Assembly (NCBI GenBank): GCA_003144275.1 | Contig: NJBF01000012.1 | Coordinates: 1 to 32,000 of the forward strand | Origin: Candidatus Heimdallarchaeota archaeon B3_Heim | GTDB taxonomy: Archaea > Asgardarchaeota > Heimdallarchaeia > Hodarchaeales > Hodarchaeaceae | Length of the DNA: 32,000 bases | Reading direction: 5' to 3' | Part shown: one piece after another, positions 1 through 8,728 of the stretch | How positions within the stretch are numbered: the stretch's first letter is position 1 | Layout: each line of letters starts with the position of its first letter | Notes under the pieces: model-generated | Database searches by the model: none | Told to the model about the DNA's origin: nothing | What the model saw: only the letters and a program-made list of their open reading frames with translations | Program-made: the position numbers and the translations under genes

Positions 1-147
1 TCTTTCCCTCATTTTTACCTTCTTTTATCTTTCCCTCCAGTGTCATTCACTTTCTTTTAACGATTATAATGCTTTTTTAGCAATTTTCCTCCCCATAGCT
101 TAGTTACAACAATTTAGACGAAATCTCAAAAAGTACATTGAGGAAAA

Positions 148-813
148 TTACTTCCTCAAAATCTCTTTGATTTCCTGTAATTCATTCAACAATTGCTGTT
201 CAAAAGGTTTCTCTGATATTGAGGTTTCATATTCTCCAGGGACTTCTGTTGTGGTAGCATATTGATGTCGAAACTGACGAAGTACTTCCAAGATTTGATC
301 CCGTACTTCAAAGTAGTTATCTATCCCTTCTATTTTCTCTTCTGGTCCCATTTTAGTACCACTCTTCCCAGCAGTTTCAATTTGAACTGTACCAATTCCA
401 AATATGCGATCATATAGTCCATACCGCGAGCTAATGTTAGTTATTGTTCTAAATGGTACATGCTTTTCCATCTTGTTGATAATCCCTTTTTTCACAACCA
501 CTTCCCGATCACCAATGTAATATTCGATTCCTCGGACATAATAGATTGCAATAATCGCAACAACAATCATGATTATTCCACAAATCACTAAATACCATGT
601 GGTTAGAGCTGCAGAATTCGTCGTAATCCACCTTGTGAATTGATCTGCCTCTGGATCGACATCCATTGAGGAAAAAAATGTAATTAATCCAGCAAAGCCG
701 TAGATCGAGACAGTAACTGCTACAAAAACCGATATTATATACAAAAACTGCTTGTATAAAAAATTCGTTCTGGGTTTAAACACCCTCTCTAATTCATATC
801 CTTTTTCATTCAT
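148..813 (-). CDS. bPH_2 (bacterial PH domain, YdbS-like) membrane protein
   Basis: Two N-terminal TM segments, then the bPH_2-type pattern YYIGDREVVVKKGII...VPFRTITNIS...LYDRIFGIGTVQIETAG; overlaps the upstream paralog by 8 bp. Confidence 0.85.
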   Translation of the reverse strand: MNEKGYELERVFKPRTNFLYKQFLYIISVFVAVTVSIYGFAGLITFFSSMDVDPEADQFTRWITTNSAALTTWYLVICGIIMIVVAIIAIYYVRGIEYYIGDREVVVKKGIINKMEKHVPFRTITNISSRYGLYDRIFGIGTVQIETAGKSGTKMGPEEKIEGIDNYFEVRDQILEVLRQFRHQYATTTEVPGEYETSISEKPFEQQLLNELQEIKEILRK

Positions 814-1507
814 TTAAATCACTTTTTTTTATTCTTGTAAATTCTTTCTTTATTTCTTTTAATTCTTCCAATATATTCCTTTGAAACAAGTCCGTGGATC
901 CATCAAAATTATGTTCAGTTGAAATCGTGGGAGAATGGCTGAAATGACGTAATTGAAGAACGATAAATTCTCTTATTTCACCATAAACCTTTAATCCTTC
1001 TAGTTTCTCTTCAGGCGTTCCAGTCATTCCGCCAGCTCCTGCTGTTTGAATATTTATACAACCAACTTTGAAAAGTCGATCAAATACTCCCACATTAGTA
1101 GAAACATTAGTTATTGTTCTAAAGGGACAATATTTTACAGTCTTGTTGATTAAACCTTTTTTTACAATAATTTCATCTCCATGGACAATGAATTCCATAT
1201 TTCGGATATAAAGAGTTAAAGATACTAAAACAATGGGCACTAGGATCAAGGAGCAAGCAAAAGCTAAGAAGAGTACTAAAAACTGAAATTCAGGGTCACT
1301 AAATATCACAAATTCATTATCAAACGAAGCAACGAAATCAAAGAATAAGACCATTAGGATAATCGCTCCCAAAGCTATAAACCAAACTAGGAAAGTCTTT
1401 AGATAGTACTTCCAATATAGTGCTCTAGTAGGAAAGATTCTACGTGTTTTGGGACGGGGATATGTTCCATCTCCTTTGATTAATGTTATTTGACTCTGAA
1501 TTGTCAT
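806..1507 (-). CDS. bPH_2 (YdbS-like) membrane protein, paralog of 148..813
   Basis: Two TM segments plus EIIVKKGLINKTVKYCPFRTITNVS...FDRLFKVGCINIQTAG, clearly similar to the neighbouring gene. Confidence 0.85.
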   Translation of the reverse strand: MTIQSQITLIKGDGTYPRPKTRRIFPTRALYWKYYLKTFLVWFIALGAIILMVLFFDFVASFDNEFVIFSDPEFQFLVLFLAFACSLILVPIVLVSLTLYIRNMEFIVHGDEIIVKKGLINKTVKYCPFRTITNVSTNVGVFDRLFKVGCINIQTAGAGGMTGTPEEKLEGLKVYGEIREFIVLQLRHFSHSPTISTEHNFDGSTDLFQRNILEELKEIKKEFTRIKKSDLNE

Positions 1508-1510
1508 TTT

Positions 1511-1978
1511 TCAACCCTTTTGCTTGCGTATCCCTTCAAATGCATGTTCGTATTGAATTTTGTTTGGCAACGATCGAATCTTGTCATCAACTCGAACTCC
1601 TCGCTCTGTACGAATAAGATCAAGTGTTTCTTTACAGGCCTTCTCACAATTATTAGAGCAGTCGTGAGTGTAGTAAATAAGAATACCCGTTTCGGGGGTA
1701 AATACCAGAAAAACATAGGTATTAATCACCCAATCAAAACATTTGAGAATTCCTTGATCTCTCATAATATCATTGTCAGTAAATTGTAAACGATGCATAT
1801 TTGCCGCTTTCTTGAGTTCTTTGTCAATTTTTTTACGGATACGTGACTGTGTTTTGCGAATATAACCTTCTTCTTTAGACAATTTCACGCTGATTTCCTT
1901 CGGACTTAATCCAGCATCCATTGCACTAAAAACTGCTGTTTCATCCGTTGAAAGGATCGTTCGTGTTCTTTCAGTCAC
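1511..1978 (-). CDS. Putative HTH transcriptional regulator with C-terminal Cys cluster
   Basis: GTG start. N-terminal HTH-like segment (AMDAGLSPKEISVKLSKEEGYIRK); C-terminal HDC-x3-C-x3-C motif. Ends 3 bp before the bPH_2 genes. Confidence 0.65.
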   Translation of the reverse strand: MTERTRTILSTDETAVFSAMDAGLSPKEISVKLSKEEGYIRKTQSRIRKKIDKELKKAANMHRLQFTDNDIMRDQGILKCFDWVINTYVFLVFTPETGILIYYTHDCSNNCEKACKETLDLIRTERGVRVDDKIRSLPNKIQYEHAFEGIRKQKG

Positions 1979-2004
1979 TATATTCGTAACCTTCTAGAGT
2001 CGAT

Positions 2005-2035
2005 GTTCCCAAACTCTGGGTATATAGTTCCCAAA
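2005..2035 (-). promoter_or_regulatory. Candidate TATA box (TATATA, 2021-2026) flanked by 9-bp direct repeats GTTCCCAAA (2005-2013, 2027-2035)
   Basis: Exact 9-mer repeated at 22-bp spacing, 27-57 bp upstream of the HTH gene start, in a divergent intergenic region. Function is inferred. Confidence 0.4.
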
Positions 2036-2195
2036 ATACTATATAAATTCATCGAATGTGGAAGTACTCCTAGAAAGCGAATTCCCCTTTGCATTTTGAA
2101 AAAAGTACTAAGGAGCAATGGGATAAATTATTTATTCTCAAGAATAAGAGCTGTTTTCTGACTCTTTTATAAGATAAATGAGGTGTTTAAATAAA

Positions 2196-2504
2196 ATGGC
2201 AGGAGATTTACCCTTAGTTGATTTTATACCATTGCTTATAATAATATTAACCGTTGTTATAGCAGTTTTTGCACTCTATAAATACATGAGAATGGAAAAA
2301 ATAAGAAGTGATTTGGTTATTGGGATTGCGTTCTTGCTTCTGACCTTAGCAATGCTCGTAGTTTTTATGAATTCGATAACTGACCCATCATTCTTCCCCG
2401 ATAATGGCCTTGGTGGATTAGATCTTTGGCTTCAACTTATTGCTTATTTGGTCTTTCTAATTACCATTGAACCAATGAAAGTCATTGATCATTTCAGGAA
2501 ATAA
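2196..2504 (+). CDS. Small hypothetical membrane protein (about 3 TM)
   Basis: The ORF track starts at 2178, but ATG 2196 follows a GAGGTG RBS (2180-2185). Three hydrophobic segments. Confidence 0.65.
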   Translation: MAGDLPLVDFIPLLIIILTVVIAVFALYKYMRMEKIRSDLVIGIAFLLLTLAMLVVFMNSITDPSFFPDNGLGGLDLWLQLIAYLVFLITIEPMKVIDHFRK

Positions 2505-2530
2505 TTTCATTTCCCCCTTTTTCTTTTTAT
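2505..2530 (+). terminator. Possible archaeal-type T-rich terminator
   Basis: Pyrimidine/T tract (tttcatttccccctttttcttttt) directly after the stop codon, between convergent genes. Confidence 0.3.
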
Positions 2531-2538
2531 CGTAACTT

Positions 2539-3126
2539 TTACCGATTTCGGTTCATATACCGATCGAAAAAGAAACCTCCAAAAAGAAAGACAGCTAATT
2601 CAAAGAAGAAGGATCCATGTTCGGGAGGAATACCTTCTAATCTGCTAAAGAAAGCAGATACCGAATTTCCCAGTAAATTACCAATGGTAATCATTTCACA
2701 AAATACTATGATATCTCGTCCTGTTTCTAAACCGTATTCTCCCAGTAACGCACGAATAGATTGTTTAGAGGGTTGGCCAGCCGATTCAGCATAATGTTGG
2801 GCAAAAACCAAAGCCAATTTTTCTTCAGGTGGGAATTCACCATATTCCTGAACGAGTAAGGCGTGTATCTCATCCAACGTGCTGCCTGCTTGAAGAGCGA
2901 AGGTAGTATGTCCCCATTCACAATAAATACACCCGTTAATCCCGGTAACCACTAGCATAAGATGTTCACTGAAATTCTTTGAAACCCGATCTGATTGATG
3001 GGCATTACGGAGGTACTTTCGGTGTCTAATTATTCTTAGTACATCCGTAAAAAAAGTTCTAAAAGTATAGGAGCGTTTCTTAAAGAACTTAGAAGGATGG
3101 TTATACGATCGAGAGTGCTTGTGCAT
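2539..3126 (-). CDS. Carboxymuconolactone decarboxylase / AhpD-like family protein
   Basis: INGCIYCEWGH motif (CxxC...H of AhpD/CMD); EKLALVFAQHYAE helix pattern. Confidence 0.85.
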   Translation of the reverse strand: MHKHSRSYNHPSKFFKKRSYTFRTFFTDVLRIIRHRKYLRNAHQSDRVSKNFSEHLMLVVTGINGCIYCEWGHTTFALQAGSTLDEIHALLVQEYGEFPPEEKLALVFAQHYAESAGQPSKQSIRALLGEYGLETGRDIIVFCEMITIGNLLGNSVSAFFSRLEGIPPEHGSFFFELAVFLFGGFFFDRYMNRNR

Positions 3127-3217
3127 AATGATACCTACAAGTAAATTCCAATAATGATTGACCCTTTCAATATTATTCTTTCATTCACACTTGAGTTTCA
3201 AATGTGCATTTCGGAAA

Positions 3218-3694
3218 TTATCTGGGGGGATAGTTCCCCAATGCGAGTACGAATATTGGTGGTTCTTTACGAATACCCAAAAACCATTTCCATCTTTCAC
3301 GATCGAGAAAAAATGAAAGAATGGATATCATTGCCTGTAAAATAGCACCAAAGAGGCCAAAAATCACCCATGCCGCAAAAATTCCCAGAGTTGCAGAAAA
3401 GATTTCTACAAGTATACGTTGCCACCCTTGAACCATTTTTCCATGAGGTTTTTTGTCACCGGGAAAATTAAACTGACTCAGAAGGAAGAGACTAAGTCCT
3501 AATAAAATTAAATATACCCATGAAGGAAAAATCTTGCGATCATGGGAACTAAGTAACGAAATCCCAATTGATTCTATTCCTAGAAGCAGTAACCAGATCC
3601 AAGTAGAGAATTCCACTACAAATCGCATAATTGGAGCTATATGAAGGGTATCACGAATTTCAGCCATAAATGGTCTCTCCTGAAGAGCATTCAA
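3218..3694 (-). CDS. Hypothetical membrane protein (about 4 TM)
   Basis: 158-aa ORF filling the gap, with several hydrophobic segments; no family recognised. Confidence 0.65.
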   Translation of the reverse strand: MNALQERPFMAEIRDTLHIAPIMRFVVEFSTWIWLLLLGIESIGISLLSSHDRKIFPSWVYLILLGLSLFLLSQFNFPGDKKPHGKMVQGWQRILVEIFSATLGIFAAWVIFGLFGAILQAMISILSFFLDRERWKWFLGIRKEPPIFVLALGNYPPR

Positions 3695-3809
3695 TTATAT
3701 GAAAGTTCTTTTACTTCTGTTTTTGTGTAATTCACTTAGATTTACGTAGAATACCTCTGGTTAGAAAGGTAAATGATAATTTAAACTTCCACTTCATTTT
3801 GGATACCTC

Positions 3810-4721
3810 ATGAAAAATAGCCCTCTTGGAATGGATGGAAAAAACTGCATTATTACAGGAGGAAATAGAGGGATTGGTAAGCAGGTTGCTACAGAAATTG
3901 CAAAAATGGGTGCTAATATCGGAATAATTACCAGAAATCGAATAAAAGGAGAGAAAGCAGTTAATGAGATTATTTCCGACTCGAAAAACAATCAAATAAC
4001 ACTTTTTGTGACGGATATTGCTTCTCAAGAGCAACTAAAGCAATTGTCAAAGGAAATTCAACAGAAATTCTCCCACATAGATGTCTTGGTTAATAACGCA
4101 GCAGTGCTATTAAGGAAAAGAGAGGAGACAGAAGATGGCATTGAGAGAACTCTAGCTACCAATCATCTTGGGCCATTCTTATTAGTAAACTTATTATTCA
4201 AGACATTGGAAAAATCTAAATCTGCAAGAGTAATCAATATCAGTTCTGATGGACACAGAAAAGCGGAAATTGATATAGAAGATCTAAATTATACAAAAAG
4301 GAAATATAGCGGTTTTAAAGCATATTATCAATCTAAGCTACTCAATTTACTATTCACCTATGAATTAACTAGTAGAATTGAATCATTATCGTCCAGTATT
4401 ATTTTAGTAAATGCTCTAGATCCTGGAAGAGTCAATACAGACATAGGGAAGAATTATGATACTGTTTCTTATCGTATCTTCTCCAAATTAATCCGGCCCG
4501 TTATTTCAATTTCAGTGCATCAAGGAGCCGAGACACCAATTTATCTTGCCACTTCTCGAGAAGTTAATGGAGTCAGTGGAAAATATTTCATTAATAGAAA
4601 AATTAGTAAATCTTCCAGGCTCTCTTATGATAGGCCCTTGCAAAAGAGCGTTTGGAAGCTTAGTGAAAATTATGTAGGAATTAATTCAGAGGATTATGGA
4701 GTAGGAGATTCTATTGAGTAA
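3810..4721 (+). CDS. SDR family NAD(P)-dependent oxidoreductase (retinol dehydrogenase/WWOX-like)
   Basis: TGGNRGIG Rossmann motif, VLVNNAA, NHLGPFLL, catalytic YYQSK. Confidence 0.95.
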   Translation: MKNSPLGMDGKNCIITGGNRGIGKQVATEIAKMGANIGIITRNRIKGEKAVNEIISDSKNNQITLFVTDIASQEQLKQLSKEIQQKFSHIDVLVNNAAVLLRKREETEDGIERTLATNHLGPFLLVNLLFKTLEKSKSARVINISSDGHRKAEIDIEDLNYTKRKYSGFKAYYQSKLLNLLFTYELTSRIESLSSSIILVNALDPGRVNTDIGKNYDTVSYRIFSKLIRPVISISVHQGAETPIYLATSREVNGVSGKYFINRKISKSSRLSYDRPLQKSVWKLSENYVGINSEDYGVGDSIE

Positions 4722-6297
4722 AAAACCAATTTATTCGTTATTACTTGGAGGAGTAGTTCTTTTTGGTAGTTTAACTTTAATATTCAGTGTTTTTTATTTA
4801 ATGAATGCTATTTTTCTCATTATTAAAGCCTACCGATCTTCAAACATAATCACTATTCTTTTTAACATAAATCATTTTGTAATTGAAGTAATTTTAGGCT
4901 TCTATACTTTATATATTGTCTTTATTTTATTTCATGCATTAAAATTTAGAAAAGAGGAAAATCTGACTGATATTTATCCAATAGTAAATGATGCTTTTCC
5001 TACTGTTTCAATCATAATGCCTATCCGAGGGATTAGTCCTTCATTTGTGGAAAATAGCATTAAACAACTTCAAAACCAGTCTTACCCTTCAAAAAAGTAT
5101 GAAATTCTTTTAGCTACAAATAATCCAGAAAATGAAGTCCTAAATTCCTATCGTGAGCTTGCAGAAACATATAGCTTAAGAATAATTGAAAGAGATCCAA
5201 TAGCAATCGGGTTCAAAGCAGGAGTGATGAATCAAGCACTACATTCAATTGAAAGTAAATATACAATTATATACAACGCTGATCATATAGCAAGGTCTTA
5301 TTTAATTGAAAAACTAGTAAATGCGTTTGAATCTTTATCTCCGGATGAATTCAAGCAAACAGCATTTATTCAAGCTAAGTCAACGTTTACTTCTGGTAAC
5401 GAACCATATCAACGATCAATCAGCCTTCTAAGAGCCCAAGTTTTTGAAGTATATTATCGTGCCAAACATAGGTGGAAGGGTTCATTATTTAATGGTTTTA
5501 CTTGTTGTTTTCAAACAACAATTCTAAATAAGATAGGTGGTTTCCCTCTTGAAACTTTGACAGAGAACAATGGAGTCTCGATTAAACTCCTACTTGAGGG
5601 ATATCATGGTATATACATTCCAACACTTCTTTCTATTGGAGACACCCCTCAAGGTTTTAATTCTCAATTAGCACAATTGTGGCGATGGAATAACGGAACA
5701 GCATCACATCTGAGAAGTAATTTTTGGCCGATAATTTCTAATAACAATTTATCTTTTACACAAAAGTATGATTTAATTTGTTATTTGTCATCACCCCTGA
5801 TCCTGTTAGTAATTGGAATATTATTTCCTTGCTCACTTTTTCTATCTTTATTCACTGAATTACCGATTTTAAGAGCTGAAATACCTGGAATAGGATCATT
5901 ATTTTTGATTATACCTGGATTATTTGTAATAGCTGAAATGAGTATAACTCTTATGAGTATTGCATTTGAAGAATCGAATCATACAAAGATTGAGCGAATG
6001 AAACACATTGCTGTTTCATATTTCCTATCTTTGACAATAGCAATATTCATTATCACAGCCTCTATCAGAGGAATTGCAAAACCGAAAAACGCGTTGAATC
6101 CGAACATAAAATGGAATATAAGTTATAATAGGAAACTATTTTTTGGTTATCAAAGTTCTTTACTGCTTATTACTGGGATTGCATTTAGTAAGCTTCTCTC
6201 TATCAATAATGATATGATTTTTCTATATCTTACATTCATATTGAGTTATGTAATTGGATTATCTCTCTCAATCTATTCAAATCTAAAATCATGGTAA
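4714..6297 (+). CDS. GT2 cellulose-synthase-like membrane glycosyltransferase-fold protein with degenerate catalytic motifs
   Basis: TTG start overlapping the SDR stop by 8 bp. PTVSIIMP, GFKAG, FNG...IGGF and QLWRW match the GT2 layout; about 2 N-terminal and about 5 C-terminal TM helices. The Asp motifs read NN, NAD and TEN. Confidence 0.85.
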   Translation: MSKKPIYSLLLGGVVLFGSLTLIFSVFYLMNAIFLIIKAYRSSNIITILFNINHFVIEVILGFYTLYIVFILFHALKFRKEENLTDIYPIVNDAFPTVSIIMPIRGISPSFVENSIKQLQNQSYPSKKYEILLATNNPENEVLNSYRELAETYSLRIIERDPIAIGFKAGVMNQALHSIESKYTIIYNADHIARSYLIEKLVNAFESLSPDEFKQTAFIQAKSTFTSGNEPYQRSISLLRAQVFEVYYRAKHRWKGSLFNGFTCCFQTTILNKIGGFPLETLTENNGVSIKLLLEGYHGIYIPTLLSIGDTPQGFNSQLAQLWRWNNGTASHLRSNFWPIISNNNLSFTQKYDLICYLSSPLILLVIGILFPCSLFLSLFTELPILRAEIPGIGSLFLIIPGLFVIAEMSITLMSIAFEESNHTKIERMKHIAVSYFLSLTIAIFIITASIRGIAKPKNALNPNIKWNISYNRKLFFGYQSSLLLITGIAFSKLLSINNDMIFLYLTFILSYVIGLSLSIYSNLKSW

Positions 6298-6375
6298 ATC
6301 TTGTAACAAGGTGTAATTAATCAAGCATAAGAATTTACTTGACTAATCAATCTATAAATCCTTATTTTTATTGGC

Positions 6376-6864
6376 TCAAGTCCCATCTTGCCAAATTACA
6401 TCTTTCCAGGTCATATCAAAAACATCATCTTCAGTTAAAGTCAAATCCTTAATTATTAGATCATACAGCCATTTTAATAAAGCATGATGTCGAAGTTCAT
6501 CTTTTAGAATAGTTTTTACCAACATCTTCTCCCGAACATCAACAATCTGACTTAACATCTGACGGTATGTATCTATGGCTGTTTTTTCCAGTCGTATATG
6601 TGTTTCGATACTTTGTTTCAGTTCTTCCCGCTCTTCCTCCGAGATCAAGCGAATTCCTTTCGTGCTTTTTTCCTGAAGAGCAGTTAACCCTCTCAAAATT
6701 GATTCATGTTTTTTATTATCTTGGCTTATACCAAGAATTAATTCTTTGATGAGAATATTTTTAACCCTGCTCACTGAAGCTTCCGCAGCTTTAATAATTT
6801 CTTTTTCGAGCTTAATTTGTTGACTGTAAAATTCAGTATTGCTTAATGCTTTTCTTTTCAACAT
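6376..6864 (-). CDS. Ferritin-like (rubrerythrin-fold) di-iron protein
   Basis: Four-helix pattern with E, D-x2-KH, E and DELRHH ligand-like motifs. Confidence 0.75.
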   Translation of the reverse strand: MLKRKALSNTEFYSQQIKLEKEIIKAAEASVSRVKNILIKELILGISQDNKKHESILRGLTALQEKSTKGIRLISEEEREELKQSIETHIRLEKTAIDTYRQMLSQIVDVREKMLVKTILKDELRHHALLKWLYDLIIKDLTLTEDDVFDMTWKDVIWQDGT

Positions 6865-6889
6865 TACAACTTCCTGTTACATCCAAGTT

Positions 6890-7357
6890 CTATTCATAAC
6901 CTAAAAAATTACTCAACAGGATTCCCACTAAATCATACACCCAGTCCAATGGAACATCAAAAACCTCTGCCCAAAATTGTTCTGATTTTGATTCTTGTAT
7001 CATGAAAGTCAAGAGCTCAAATGGTTCCCACAAAAATCCGTAAATAACCATAGTAAGAATGGAAGCGACCAGCCGTGGGTGATCATTGGCATAAGAATGG
7101 TTAATGCGCAAGATTAGGGAATAGCATATTCTGAGAATAATCATCGAAGAAAGTAAATGGAGAATTTTGTCATAAGAGAAGAGAGAGTACTGTAATGGTT
7201 CAAATTCGAGAAATTCTTTATTGAAGAAATTCCCTAGTGTAAGAATGCTAACTATAACAATCGCGAACAACAATATGCGATCATTTCGTAAAACACGATA
7301 GAGCTCCATTACGGAAGTTGTTACTTTCTGTCGATTAATTTCCATACTGAGTGACAA
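6890..7357 (-). CDS. VanZ/DUF2238-like small membrane protein
   Basis: YDKILH, LWEPFE and DWVYDLVG motifs within TM helices. Confidence 0.6.
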   Translation of the reverse strand: MSLSMEINRQKVTTSVMELYRVLRNDRILLFAIVIVSILTLGNFFNKEFLEFEPLQYSLFSYDKILHLLSSMIILRICYSLILRINHSYANDHPRLVASILTMVIYGFLWEPFELLTFMIQESKSEQFWAEVFDVPLDWVYDLVGILLSNFLGYE

Positions 7358-7470
7358 TTAATTTGGAATTAATTAAATATTGTGTTTCTGAATAACCAAT
7401 TAACTGTGTAAATTTGTAAAAAAAAATAACTTAGTTCGTTTTCACATCGGATTATTGGTTTTATTTTTGG

Positions 7471-8658
7471 TTATTTGCTCTTATTTAACGTTTCAAGCTG
7501 ATTTATCCTATAAAATAGGAACATGGCAATAATTGTTCCAAGGAATGCTATCAAAAGAAGCGGACCATAACCAATAATTGAGAAAAGAAATCCTCCTATC
7601 GCTGCGGTAGGAACCCACCCAAGTCGCTGGAAAAATGACAAAATCCCAAAATTTGTGGAAGGAATAGAGGGATCAACCGCGATAAGGCTGATTGTAACAG
7701 CAGGCCTCCAAAAAGCTATACTTACACCTAAGATTGCATGACCAATAAGGAGAAGAAGTTCAGAATCTACAGGGTTCATAATTGCGAGTTGTACACAGGC
7801 AATGAACATAATCCCTGTGATCTCACCTAAAACTAACCCGACTATTCTACCAGCTCTATCCACAATATATCCCGCTGGATATTGCAGGATTACTAGAAAA
7901 ATGGATTCATAGAGAACAAGAGTCGCAATAAAACCTACATCGACTTCAAAAAGCAAGATGAAAATTCCATTAGCTATTGAGAGGGGTAAACCCCAAGCAA
8001 AGGAGTCTATAACGAAAGCAAATACAGTAAGACGAGAAATAGGCTCACTAAAAAGATTCTTTAATGAAAAATTTACCCTAGATATATTGGGCTTAATATC
8101 TGATAACAGGAAAAAATTCATTACTAGAATTACTAATAAAGAAATACTCCCAAATTGAAAAAAAGTAATGTAGCTGTTATTTGTCTCAAGCAGAACTGCG
8201 GCGATTATTCCCGCAATCGACCCTGAATTGTAAATAACTGCATAAACTAACCCACGATTTTTCTCTGCTGTTGATTCATATATAAGCGTGTTTAGTGGGG
8301 AATCTTGAACACCTAGTCCAATATTAAACAAAATAATACTAAAAATCATTAGTAATAAATGTGTTTTATCCAGAGATAATCCCACCAACCCAATAAAACT
8401 CAAAAATTCCCCCAAAAGTATGATCTTCTTCCTCCCGTGGGTATCAGCATAGAAGCTAAATAACAAAGGGATTATTGCAAAAAAACTACCAATAGAAAGA
8501 ATAGCTCCAAGAATTTGAGCAATTTGATCACTTTCTCCATACACCTCAATAATATATGGCTGGATCTGAATTGAAAAAATAATATTGGCAAAACCCCAAA
8601 GAAAATAAGTAGCAATTAGCGTGAGTATGTTTAATGTTGCAGGTCTCGTAGATTTCAT
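7471..8658 (-). CDS. MFS transporter
   Basis: About 12 TM helices; motif A variants ADTHGRKK and GYIVDRAGR. Confidence 0.92.
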   Translation of the reverse strand: MKSTRPATLNILTLIATYFLWGFANIIFSIQIQPYIIEVYGESDQIAQILGAILSIGSFFAIIPLLFSFYADTHGRKKIILLGEFLSFIGLVGLSLDKTHLLLMIFSIILFNIGLGVQDSPLNTLIYESTAEKNRGLVYAVIYNSGSIAGIIAAVLLETNNSYITFFQFGSISLLVILVMNFFLLSDIKPNISRVNFSLKNLFSEPISRLTVFAFVIDSFAWGLPLSIANGIFILLFEVDVGFIATLVLYESIFLVILQYPAGYIVDRAGRIVGLVLGEITGIMFIACVQLAIMNPVDSELLLLIGHAILGVSIAFWRPAVTISLIAVDPSIPSTNFGILSFFQRLGWVPTAAIGGFLFSIIGYGPLLLIAFLGTIIAMFLFYRINQLETLNKSK

Positions 8659-8728
8659 CCTGAATCAACAGCTTGAGTATTATGAGTCGCTCAGGGTAAT
8701 ATCTGAGCTTTTTTTCCAATAAGTGTTG

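Noticed and set aside
1-46. Possible minus-strand gene start at the left edge (ATG at 46 or 12) and a 10-bp direct repeat TCTTTCCCTC (1-10, 28-37)
   Set aside because: Too little sequence to tell a gene start from a pyrimidine-rich terminator; low complexity makes the repeat uninformative.
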